The position numbers and the translations under genes are program-made. Shown here piece after piece: positions 46,246 to 55,196 of a stretch of 64,000 bases of DNA; positions within the stretch are counted from its first letter, which is position 1, and every line of letters starts with the position of its first letter. The notes beneath the pieces were generated by a model. It worked only from the letters and a program-made list of their open reading frames with translations. It had not been told where the DNA came from and searched no databases. Location: the NCBI GenBank assembly GCA_038212275.1, contig JBBQUR010000013.1, forward strand, positions 1 to 64,000, read 5' to 3'. The stretch is from Planctomycetota bacterium (GTDB lineage Bacteria; Planctomycetota; B15-G4).

Positions 46246-47525
46246 GGCGAAGGCGAAGGCCGCACGACCGCCACGGCCAGTGCGTCCTGGCGCACGTGCT
46301 CGCGCAGGCGAAGCTCGAGATCCTCGATCCGGAGTGCATCCACGAGCGGGAGAGCCACGAAGGGCTGCACGCCGCGAAAGTGATCCGAGAGCAGCGAGTA
46401 CGCGACATTTTCCGGCGAATCGAGCCCCTGCAGCATGCTTCCGTGCAGCTTGCGCCGGACGCGCCCGAAGGCCGTGCGGTCGAGGCCTGTCGTGAGCGCG
46501 CGGTCGAGCACGGCACGCAGCTCTCTCTCGAGTCGCTCGGGATCGTCGGTGTCACCACCGATCGTCGTGAATCCGAAGCTCGACTCGGCGGAGTGACTGG
46601 CCGCGAAACTCTCGTCGATGAGGCCGTCCTCGTACAGCCGCTCGAAAGCGGCCGACGAGCGGCCGAAGAGCATGTCCACGAGGATGCGTGTCGACAATTC
46701 CCGACGCGTGACCTCAAGGCCGCTGCCTCCGAGCACGGCCTCCTTGATCCCGAGCAGCACGCGCGGGCGCGCCACGGGCAGTTCGACATCGAAACGCTCG
46801 GCGCTCACGGCGCCGGGTTCATCGACGGGGCCGCGCACGTGTGCGGGAAGCAGGTCCACGGGTCGCCCCGCCTGGTCGGCCTCCACCAGCGCGGCAACCT
46901 CGGACGGGTCGAGCCGCCCGGCCACGCTCAGGCAGAGGTTGCGCGGGTGATAGAAGAGGTCGTAGCAACGACGAAGCGTTGCGGCGTCGATGGCGGCAAT
47001 GGACTCGACGCTGCCTGCGATGTTGTCGCGCACCGGATGCCGTGCGTAGAGGCACGTCAGCAGCCCGAAGAACAGCCGCCAGTCCGGATCGTCGTCGTAC
47101 ATCCGGATTTCCTGGCCGATGATGCCCTGCTCCTTGGCCACCAGCGCATCCGTGAACCACGGGTCCTGCACGAAGTCGAGCAGCAGGTCGAGGCTTGCGG
47201 CCGGGTCCTCCACCGCGGACGCGATGTAGGTCGTGCCGCAGAAGCCGGTCATCGCATTGGTGGACGCGCCGAGCGTCGAGAAGCGATCCGAGACGTCGCC
47301 GTCCTTGTCCTCGAAGAGCTTGTGTTCGAGGAAGTGGGCCAGCCCTTCGGGCACGGGCTGTCCCGTGGCGCCGCTCACGCGGTCCACGGAGCCGAAGTTG
47401 GTGCCCAGCGCGGCAAAGGTGCGCTCGAACTCGGGTCGTGGCGCCACCAGCACCGTCAGGCCGCTGGCGGCCGTGCCGCGGAGAATGGTCTCGCCGAGCG
47501 GATTGGGCACGGGATCCAGCTTCAC
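46242..47525 (-). CDS. M16 family zinc peptidase (YmfH-like, active subunit)
   Basis: PEGLAHFLEHKLFE (HxxEH), KEQGIIGQEI.MYDD.P and FYHP.N motifs. Confidence 0.9.
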   Translation of the reverse strand: MKLDPVPNPLGETILRGTAASGLTVLVAPRPEFERTFAALGTNFGSVDRVSGATGQPVPEGLAHFLEHKLFEDKDGDVSDRFSTLGASTNAMTGFCGTTYIASAVEDPAASLDLLLDFVQDPWFTDALVAKEQGIIGQEIRMYDDDPDWRLFFGLLTCLYARHPVRDNIAGSVESIAAIDAATLRRCYDLFYHPRNLCLSVAGRLDPSEVAALVEADQAGRPVDLLPAHVRGPVDEPGAVSAERFDVELPVARPRVLLGIKEAVLGGSGLEVTRRELSTRILVDMLFGRSSAAFERLYEDGLIDESFAASHSAESSFGFTTIGGDTDDPERLERELRAVLDRALTTGLDRTAFGRVRRKLHGSMLQGLDSPENVAYSLLSDHFRGVQPFVALPLVDALRIEDLELRLREHVRQDALAVAVVRPSPSP

Positions 47526-48808
47526 GTGCGCGTGCCCTCCAGAACGAAGACTGTGTCGAGTTCGCAGCCGGCAGCCACGGCGGCCACCTCGTCCGGCGTC
47601 ACGCGCTGCAACTCGTCGAGGGCGCCGTCAAGCGACCACGCGCGCCCGTTCATGAGCCCGGACAAGCGGAAGGCGAGCAGGCCGCGCGACGAGTCCCTGA
47701 GGTTGCGCAACCGGCGCCGCTGCGCCCGTCGCGACAACTCGAGTTCTTCGAGGCCGACGCCGTCGCGCGCCAGTCGGGCCAGTTCCTCGAGCACCAGCTC
47801 CTGGGTTCGCGCCGCGGAGATGGCATCCACGCCGGCCTGCACGACGAGCATTGCGTTGTCGATCGAGACGGCGGCGCTGCAGCCGTAGGCCAGGCTTTCC
47901 TTCTCGCGCACGCGCTTGAACAGCCGGCTGTGACTTTCGCCGCCGAACACGAGGCCGAAGAGCGCCGCCGCCGCGCCGGGGAGCAGGTCGGCAGGGATCC
48001 GGAATCCCATCGCCAGCTTGCTCTGGTTGAGCGACTCGGCTTCCCTGAGCCGCTGCACGGCGCGCACCGGCAGGCGCGGCGGACCGATCGGGCCGGAGAG
48101 AGCAAGGCGTTCGTGTCCCCCGGCCAGCGCGGCTGCGGCCCCGATCGCTTCCTCTTCGGATACGTCACCCACGATGAAGAGTCTTCCGGGAAGATGGGTG
48201 GCAGCCTCGCGCCACGCAGCATGCACCGTGCGCTCGTCGAGCGCCTGCGCCTGCTCCACCGTGCCCCAGCTGTGCAACGCGCGCGGCGTCCCCGCGTGCA
48301 TCGCCTCGACCATGCGCCGATAGGCGTAAAGGCCCTTGTCGTCGGCGATGCCCTTGATGGCGTGCACCAGATTGGTGCGCTCCTGCTCGATCACCTCGGG
48401 CCGGAAGCACCCGTCCACCAGGGGCGGGTCGTGCATGACCTCGGCCAGCAGCGCGACGGCCTCGCGGAAGACCGGCACCCCCTCGGCATGCCGGTCGGCG
48501 ACCGCCTGGAGTCCGAAGCGCAACAGCTGGACCGACCCGTGCGCCGCCACCGACGAATGGAGTTCGGCCGCATACAGGTCCTCGCAGCGCGCCGCCATCT
48601 GAGCCAGGCCGGGCGAGGTGCGCGTGCCGCGCGTCAGCAGGTCCGGAAGGAGGGCGAAGGCGGCCCGGCGCTCGTCCAGCGGACGCTCGACCACCCACTG
48701 GAGGTGGACCGTCTTGTACTTCCGGGAGCGCTGCAGGTGGACCTCGACGCCTCCTGGCGCGGTCAGGATCGAGAATCCGTCGATGGGAGTGGGTGCCATG
48801 GCCGTCAT
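47522..48808 (-). CDS. M16 family peptidase, inactive partner subunit (YmfF-like)
   Basis: KYKT, L.RGT, QSKL.MG and FGG..HSRLF..VREK.SLAY motifs; no HxxEH. Confidence 0.88.
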   Translation of the reverse strand: MTAMAPTPIDGFSILTAPGGVEVHLQRSRKYKTVHLQWVVERPLDERRAAFALLPDLLTRGTRTSPGLAQMAARCEDLYAAELHSSVAAHGSVQLLRFGLQAVADRHAEGVPVFREAVALLAEVMHDPPLVDGCFRPEVIEQERTNLVHAIKGIADDKGLYAYRRMVEAMHAGTPRALHSWGTVEQAQALDERTVHAAWREAATHLPGRLFIVGDVSEEEAIGAAAALAGGHERLALSGPIGPPRLPVRAVQRLREAESLNQSKLAMGFRIPADLLPGAAAALFGLVFGGESHSRLFKRVREKESLAYGCSAAVSIDNAMLVVQAGVDAISAARTQELVLEELARLARDGVGLEELELSRRAQRRRLRNLRDSSRGLLAFRLSGLMNGRAWSLDGALDELQRVTPDEVAAVAAGCELDTVFVLEGTRT

Positions 48809-48937
48809 GAGGGGGCGGACCATAGCGCAACGCCGACGGCGCTGCGAGAGCCGCGCATGCCGGCCGGAGTCGGGAATCCGGCCAGAGGGCGGAGCCAGGC
48901 AGTTGGTTCCGGAGCTTCCGTGCCTGATAATCGCGAG

Positions 48938-49756
48938 ATGCACGGAGTGTCTTCCGCCCCGCGGGCCTTACCCTCCCTGCTGAACTGTGTCCGACCCTGG
49001 CTGATCGGCGTGCTGCACCTGCCCGCCCTGCCAGGGGCACCACGGTCCCGACTGGCCGTGGAGGTCGTGGCTGCGCAAGCGGCCGACGACGCGCGGACGC
49101 TCCAGGATTGCGGTTTCACGGCCGTGCTCATCGAGAACTTTCATGACTCTCCCTTTCGCCCGGGTCGCGTGGACCCGGAGACCGTCGCGGCGCTGGCCGT
49201 CGTCGGTGCGGCCGTACGCAGCGCCTGCAGCCTCCCGCTCGGCGTCAACGTGCTCCGCAACGACGCGCTTGCAGCGCTCGGCATCGCCATCGCCGTGGGC
49301 GGAAGCTTCCTTCGCGTGAACGTGCTCGCCGGAGCCGCCGTCACCGACCAGGGCCTGGTTCAAGGCGAGGCTGACGTGCTGCTCCGGCGGCGCACAGCCC
49401 TGCACGCTGACCAGGTCGCGATCCTGGCCGATGTGGACGTGAAACACGCGACGTCGCTGGACACCCGGCCCATCGGCCTGCGCGCGCGCGATCTTGTCGC
49501 GCGCGCCGGCGCCGACGCCGTGCTGGTGACCGGCGACGCCACCGGCCTGGCCGTGGACGGCGACCTGCTCGCTGCCGTGGCCGGTGCCGTCTCTCCCGTG
49601 CCCGTGCTTGCCGCAAGCGGCGTCCGGGTCGACAGCGTGCGCGCCACGCTGTCCCGCTGCGCCGGCGTGGTCGTCGGCACCGCACTCAAGAACCCGGACA
49701 CCGGTCGCGTGGATCGCGCACGCGCCGCTGCCCTGCTGGACTCCGCTCGAGCATGA
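48938..49756 (+). CDS. BtpA/SgcQ family protein
   Basis: IG++HLP.LPG.P, IENF.D.PF, GVNVLRND, ADV.VKHA and VTG.ATG motifs. Confidence 0.9.
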   Translation: MHGVSSAPRALPSLLNCVRPWLIGVLHLPALPGAPRSRLAVEVVAAQAADDARTLQDCGFTAVLIENFHDSPFRPGRVDPETVAALAVVGAAVRSACSLPLGVNVLRNDALAALGIAIAVGGSFLRVNVLAGAAVTDQGLVQGEADVLLRRRTALHADQVAILADVDVKHATSLDTRPIGLRARDLVARAGADAVLVTGDATGLAVDGDLLAAVAGAVSPVPVLAASGVRVDSVRATLSRCAGVVVGTALKNPDTGRVDRARAAALLDSARA

Positions 49757-52032
49757 CCGAGGCCAATCATCCTGAACCCACGCGCTACGGCGACACCATC
49801 ATCTTCCCCGCCAGCCTCGACCCGGAGGCGGTACACGTCGTGCGCCGGCTCTGCGAGGCAGGACTCGAGTCCTACCTCGTCGGCGGTTGCGTGCGCGACC
49901 TGCTCATGGGGCTGATCCCCAAGGACTTCGACATCTCCACCGAGGCGCGGCCCAGGCAGATCCGGCGGCTGTTCCGCAACAGCCGCATCATCGGCCGCCG
50001 CTTCAAGCTGGCGCACATCCACTTCGGAGACAAGGTCATCGAGGTGGCCACCTTCCGCCGCTCGCCGGACGGAAGCGGAAACGCCGACCGCGGATCCTCG
50101 CAGGACGAAGACCTGCTCATCACGCGCGACAACGAATTCGGTGACGCGCGCGAGGACACGCTGCGGCGCGACTTCACCATCAACGCGCTGCTCTACGACG
50201 TGCGCAGCGGCGAAGTCATCGACCACGTGGGCGGCGTCCACGACCTGAATGCGCGCACGTTGCGCACGATCGGTGACCCGGCCATCCGTCTCGCGGAAGA
50301 TCCGGTGCGCATGCTGCGCGCCGTGAAGTTCGCCGCGCGCCTCCAACTCGATTTCGATCCGGCACTGCAGGAGGCGATGGCCGCATCGGCAGAACTGATC
50401 CTCAAGAGCGCGCCGCCCCGTGTGCTCGAGGAGATCTTCAAGCTGCTCACGTGCGGCGCCGCGGAACGCGCGCTGCCGCTGCTCCAGAAGTACGAGTTGC
50501 TCGAGCGGCTCCTTCCGGACATCGCGGACTGCTGGCGCGACTGGCCGGCGGAGTTGAAGGCCACGGGCCACGCCCTCGATCTCATCGACCGGGGACAGCG
50601 ACGCGTCTCGAACGCCTTCCTGCTCGCAGCTCTGCTGCTGCGGCCCTGGCATGCTCGCGTCATGGCGGAGCCTGACGAGGACCCGATGCAGCCGGCGCAC
50701 GACCTGCTCGATCCTGTCGCACGTCACATGAACATCCCGCGGCGCGATGCAGCCATCGCCAAACACCTGCTGCTCGGCGTGCTGAGGCTGGAGCGCCCGC
50801 GGCGCGGTCGCCGCTCCCGCGGCATCGATCCGCATCGCGACGGCGGCGAGCCGCTGGCGCTCCTCTACCTGGGCGCGCTCACCGGCGTGCTCGACCCCGA
50901 ACTGCACGCGCGATGGATCCAGCGCATGCTCGACGAACCCGCTCACGGCAGTGCCGAGGACGAACACGACGGCGACGGCGCCTTCGGTGCGAACCTGCCC
51001 GACGGCGATGCCCTGCATGAGCACGAGGATTCCGTGTCGGGCGACCGGCCGCCGCGCCCACGGCGTCGTCGACGCGGTGGACGCCGTCGTGGCGGACGCA
51101 GCCGCGCCGAAGGCCGGGGGCCGGGCGACGCACCCGCAGGCCGGGAGTTTCCTGCAGGCGAGACTCAGGACGCTCGTGCCGACGACGGGCCGCACGACGC
51201 CGGGCCTCGGGGCCCCGGACCGGGCGACGATCGCGGTGATTCCGATGAGGCAGGCGACATGCCGCACGGCCAGGAGCCGGGCGCCGACCAGGGCCAGCCG
51301 GAACCGAGTCGCCGCCGACGGGGACGGCGCGGAGGACGTGGCCGGCGCCGGCGCGCGCAGGATGGCGAGCAGTCCTTCGGCAGCGACGAGCGCCCGATGA
51401 ACGCACAAGGCGCCGAAGAATGGCAGGGGCCGCTGCAGGAGCATCCCGACGGTATTGGCGTCTCCGAGGACACTGACCCGGCTTCGAGGAACGGCGTCGA
51501 TCGCTCCACCGACGAGTGGCAGGCACGCGATGGCCAGCAGCGTGCGTCGGGGACGCGCCCGGCAGACGGCGACCGGCAGGGCCAGGGCCGATCCCGCAGC
51601 CGTGGAGGACGACGTCGTCGTCGTGGTCGCTCGGGAGGAGGCTCCGGCAACCCGGCCGCCGGCGGTGCGCAGCCAGGGCCTGCCGACGCAGGCAACAACG
51701 GCGCGCGCGAGCATCACGAGGACCGTGGCGCGTCGCGCGATCCGGGCTCGCGTGGGGCTCCGCCCGACGAGGGTGGGCCCCGCACGGCTGGCGCCGACCC
51801 GCGCACGGATCAGCGTGGAGGCCAGCGCACCGGACAGCGAGAAGGCCAGCGAGCCGCTCAGCGCAGGGACGCAAGCCCGGCCGCTGCACGCGGACGTCGC
51901 GGCGGGAATCGCCCGCGACGCGACGACGACCGCCCGCGGCCGGGCGGCGATTCGCCGCGCAAAGAAGACACGACCACGCGCGGTCCGGGTCAACGCCATC
52001 CCGAAGACGTCGAGGACTTCTTCGACTGGTGA
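49753..52032 (+). CDS. pcnB: Poly(A) polymerase I with long disordered Arg-rich C-terminal tail
   Basis: VGGCVRD, KDFD, PAP signature IIGRRFKLAHIHF, RRDFTINAL and EDPVRMLRA, then a ~360-aa low-complexity tail. Confidence 0.92.
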   Translation: MTEANHPEPTRYGDTIIFPASLDPEAVHVVRRLCEAGLESYLVGGCVRDLLMGLIPKDFDISTEARPRQIRRLFRNSRIIGRRFKLAHIHFGDKVIEVATFRRSPDGSGNADRGSSQDEDLLITRDNEFGDAREDTLRRDFTINALLYDVRSGEVIDHVGGVHDLNARTLRTIGDPAIRLAEDPVRMLRAVKFAARLQLDFDPALQEAMAASAELILKSAPPRVLEEIFKLLTCGAAERALPLLQKYELLERLLPDIADCWRDWPAELKATGHALDLIDRGQRRVSNAFLLAALLLRPWHARVMAEPDEDPMQPAHDLLDPVARHMNIPRRDAAIAKHLLLGVLRLERPRRGRRSRGIDPHRDGGEPLALLYLGALTGVLDPELHARWIQRMLDEPAHGSAEDEHDGDGAFGANLPDGDALHEHEDSVSGDRPPRPRRRRRGGRRRGGRSRAEGRGPGDAPAGREFPAGETQDARADDGPHDAGPRGPGPGDDRGDSDEAGDMPHGQEPGADQGQPEPSRRRRGRRGGRGRRRRAQDGEQSFGSDERPMNAQGAEEWQGPLQEHPDGIGVSEDTDPASRNGVDRSTDEWQARDGQQRASGTRPADGDRQGQGRSRSRGGRRRRRGRSGGGSGNPAAGGAQPGPADAGNNGAREHHEDRGASRDPGSRGAPPDEGGPRTAGADPRTDQRGGQRTGQREGQRAAQRRDASPAAARGRRGGNRPRRDDDRPRPGGDSPRKEDTTTRGPGQRHPEDVEDFFDW

Positions 52033-52093
52033 GCCGTGAATACGTTGCGCACGTCGGCAGGCCCGGCGTGCGCGACGCCTCCCTTGCCGGCGG

Positions 52094-52858
52094 TCAGTGC
52101 GGGTTGAAGCGCGAGCCGTCCAGCTTGCGGCACGACTGGCAGCGCAAGGCATCGAGGCCGCGCACGTGCGCCGATCCGGACACGCTGCGTACCGTGAAGC
52201 GATGGCCTTCCCGCAGCGGGATGGCCCGCACGTCATTGTCGTACACGAGCACCGCCGGGCCACGAAGCACCGACACCTCCACGGGTTCCTCGCCCGACAG
52301 AAGCAGCGGCTCGAAGATCTCCGTGCTGTTGTTGAACGCGACGCCGAGTCCACGCTCAACCACGCTGCGGGTGATGCTGCGGTAGTAGCCGGTGCTTCCG
52401 AACGGCGTCGCGAAGACGACCCCGTCGCCCGTGATCTCGGCCGTGCGAAGTCCGTTGACGTGCAGCGCGAACCTCACCGCGGTGGCCGGGCTCTCGTTCC
52501 GCATCACGATGTCATTCATGGCGAGGAAGCGTGCTCCCGCGATTTGCAGTTCCAGCTTCCCGAGCGCCTCGTCCTTCAATTCCCCCGCCTGCAGTCGTCG
52601 CAGGATGGCCCCAAGCTGGTGGTCGGGACACAGTCGCGCCCGCGCACCGACACGTGCGGGCACCTTGGGAACGGATGGCCAGTCGCGCTCGGCGCGCAGC
52701 AACGTGCCATCCCCGCCGTGGCAGAGCACGACGTCGGGCTCGCCGGCCACCACGGCAAGGCCGGCCTCGGCCGCCAGGGTCGCCGCCCCACGCGGGTCCT
52801 CGCCTGCAACCAGCAACCGGCGGCCCTCGTTGGCTGATTCGGCACCCTTGGGGCTCAT
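52094..52858 (-). CDS. NAD(+) kinase family protein
   Basis: GGDGTLL, MND and GDGV..ATPFGSTGY motifs. Confidence 0.85.
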   Translation of the reverse strand: MSPKGAESANEGRRLLVAGEDPRGAATLAAEAGLAVVAGEPDVVLCHGGDGTLLRAERDWPSVPKVPARVGARARLCPDHQLGAILRRLQAGELKDEALGKLELQIAGARFLAMNDIVMRNESPATAVRFALHVNGLRTAEITGDGVVFATPFGSTGYYRSITRSVVERGLGVAFNNSTEIFEPLLLSGEEPVEVSVLRGPAVLVYDNDVRAIPLREGHRFTVRSVSGSAHVRGLDALRCQSCRKLDGSRFNPH

Positions 52859-54246
52859 GGCGCCGTCCCCGCGCGTCGGCCGAGCAGTGCGCCAAGCACG
52901 AGGTCGTGCACGGCGCGCAGGTCGGCTCCGTCCGGAGGCAGGTCGACGTCGGCGCTGCCGATGACGAGCGGCCAGAGCGCCGGATCCGCCGGCACGTGGC
53001 CGTGGCTGCCGGCAACAGGCGAAGGATCGAGCGGGATCACGTCGAGCAGATTCCGGAAGCCGAGCTTGCGCGCCAGCAGGCGACGAGCGATGCGCAGTTT
53101 CGGTGCGCGGAGCGCGGGATCAAGCAGCAACTCCGCCGGGTCGTATCCGGGCTTGCGGTGAATGTCGACGGTGCGCGCGAAGTCCGGGGCACGCCGATCC
53201 TCCAACCAGTAGGGATAGGCGAACCAGGCATCCGGCTGTGCCTCGAGCACCAACTGGCCTGCGCGGGAATGATCCAGTCCGGCCCGATGGCGATCGACTC
53301 CGGTCAGCACGCGACGCACCTCGGGCATTTCGCCGAGCAGGCGCCCCACCAGGGACACATCCGCCGGATCGGCGACGTACACGTGGGCCACTTGATGGTC
53401 GCAGACCGCGAAGGCCCGACTCGCGCCGGCATCCATCGTTTCGCCCACCGATTCCTGCCAGAGCGCCGTGAGCAGGCCGGCCTGGCGAAGCACCCTATTG
53501 GGATACGCCACCCGTGACACGTTCCCGATCCCGTACTCCGAAACGACGAGCACCGCGTAGCCGGCCGCGACCGCCGCATCCACCAGGCGCCCTGCCTCGG
53601 CATCCACGGCCGCCGCTTCGACACCCACGCGCGGATGTCCCGGGCCATGCGTCTGGAGCACGTAGTCCAGGTGCGGGAGGTAGGCCAGCATCAGGTCCGG
53701 TGCGTCCTCCGCCAGGACGTCAAGACTCGCGTCCACGATCCAGCGGGTGGAGGTCACGTCCGCCATCGGTCCCCAGAAATGGAACAGCGGGAACGGGCCG
53801 AGGCGCTCTTCCAAGCGACCGCGCAGCGATGCAGGCCGGGTGTACACGCCCGGCACCTTGCGGCCGTCCGCAGGGTATTCGGGGCGCGGGGTGACCGACC
53901 ATTGCGCGCTGGAGTACATGTTGAACCACCAGAACATCTGCGCCACGCGCAGATCCGGCCGCCGCTCGCGCGCCGTGTCCCAGACCACGGGAGCCTGCAG
54001 GAGCCGGTGACTCTGCCGCCAGAAGAGCACTTCGGACAAGTCGTGGAAGTACCAGCCGTTGCCGACGATGCCGTGCCGTTCGGGCCACTGCCCCGTCAGC
54101 ATCGTGGCCTGGCTGGTGCAGGTGACGGCCGGCAGCGAGGGCGCCAGCGAACGCTGCCATCCCGACCGAGCCAGCGCGGTCAGGCGCGGCCCGAGCAAGC
54201 CCGGAACCAGTCCCACCACATCGAGCAGCAGCAGGCGTCCGGGCAT
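52855..54246 (-). CDS. Nucleotide pyrophosphatase/phosphodiesterase family protein (EboF-like)
   Basis: LDVVGL, PAVTC..Q, HGIVGNGWY, FWWFNM, FPLF.FWGP, YLPHLDY, DHQVAHVY, VDIHRKPGYDP.EL and GSHG motifs. Confidence 0.88.
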   Translation of the reverse strand: MPGRLLLLDVVGLVPGLLGPRLTALARSGWQRSLAPSLPAVTCTSQATMLTGQWPERHGIVGNGWYFHDLSEVLFWRQSHRLLQAPVVWDTARERRPDLRVAQMFWWFNMYSSAQWSVTPRPEYPADGRKVPGVYTRPASLRGRLEERLGPFPLFHFWGPMADVTSTRWIVDASLDVLAEDAPDLMLAYLPHLDYVLQTHGPGHPRVGVEAAAVDAEAGRLVDAAVAAGYAVLVVSEYGIGNVSRVAYPNRVLRQAGLLTALWQESVGETMDAGASRAFAVCDHQVAHVYVADPADVSLVGRLLGEMPEVRRVLTGVDRHRAGLDHSRAGQLVLEAQPDAWFAYPYWLEDRRAPDFARTVDIHRKPGYDPAELLLDPALRAPKLRIARRLLARKLGFRNLLDVIPLDPSPVAGSHGHVPADPALWPLVIGSADVDLPPDGADLRAVHDLVLGALLGRRAGTAP

Positions 54247-54423
54247 GACGCCGAGCATAACCGCGTCGAAGCGCGCTTTCCGGCCGTCAGGCGATGCTCA
54301 TACGAACCGGCAGTCCGAGCATGGTCACCCACCGGGCGAAGCATCTGGCGCACACGAGTCGCGGCGATCCGCAACGACGGCGCCGATCGGTGAACGGCGC
54401 CGGATCGGCGACGCGCGCAGGGC

Positions 54424-54996
54424 TTACTTCGGGCCGGCTCCCTGAGCGCCGCCCACGCCAACCTTGACGTCCGCATCCGAGGGGGTGCCGCCGGTGCCGG
54501 TCGACCCGGCCTCGACCGCGCTGGCACCGGCATCAACCGGCGCCGCGGCCTTGGCAATGTTGCGCTTCGGCCCCAGCTTCTGACCCGGCACCGTCCTGGC
54601 CTTCTTGATCGGCAGCGTCGGAATCTGCTTCAACTGCGACATGGCGTAGATCTTCTCGCCGAAGCGCCCCCGGCCTTCGATCAGGTCGCCATGGTAGTAG
54701 GTCGGCTCGCCGTTCTCGTCCTCGACCATGAATGTATTGGGCGACACTTCCTTGCCGGTCTGGCGGATGCGGGCCAACTCCCGCTTGCCCTTCTCGATGT
54801 TGTTCTTGATGCGGATGTCGTGCGGGGACAACGCGACGAAACCCACGGAGTCCCCCTGATCGGAGTGCGTGAGAACCGCAGTATCGCCATTGTCGGCGCG
54901 GGATCCGGTGGCCATCCAGGCAAAGCCGCCGATCAGCAGCGCAAGGGCCACAAGCACGGCAGCTGACGTCATCGCGGGATTCTTCAAGGGAGGCAC
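54424..54996 (-). CDS. Hypothetical protein with N-terminal TM helix
   Basis: 190-aa ORF with typical codon use and an N-terminal hydrophobic helix. Confidence 0.6.
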   Translation of the reverse strand: MPPLKNPAMTSAAVLVALALLIGGFAWMATGSRADNGDTAVLTHSDQGDSVGFVALSPHDIRIKNNIEKGKRELARIRQTGKEVSPNTFMVEDENGEPTYYHGDLIEGRGRFGEKIYAMSQLKQIPTLPIKKARTVPGQKLGPKRNIAKAAAPVDAGASAVEAGSTGTGGTPSDADVKVGVGGAQGAGPK

Positions 54997-55196
54997 CTCG
55001 GCAGCGGGGTCGGGATCGAGATCAGGGGGAGCACAGAGCGGCGGGAGACTGGGGACGTCACCCGGATTCGGGGTCCGGATTCTAACGCATCGGCCGGAAC
55101 ATGAAACGGAACCAGCACTCAGCCGTTGGAGCCGTTGTTACGATAGTCCGATATCGAACGGTCGGAAGAACGAACTTGACGGAGGTTCTCACGCTC

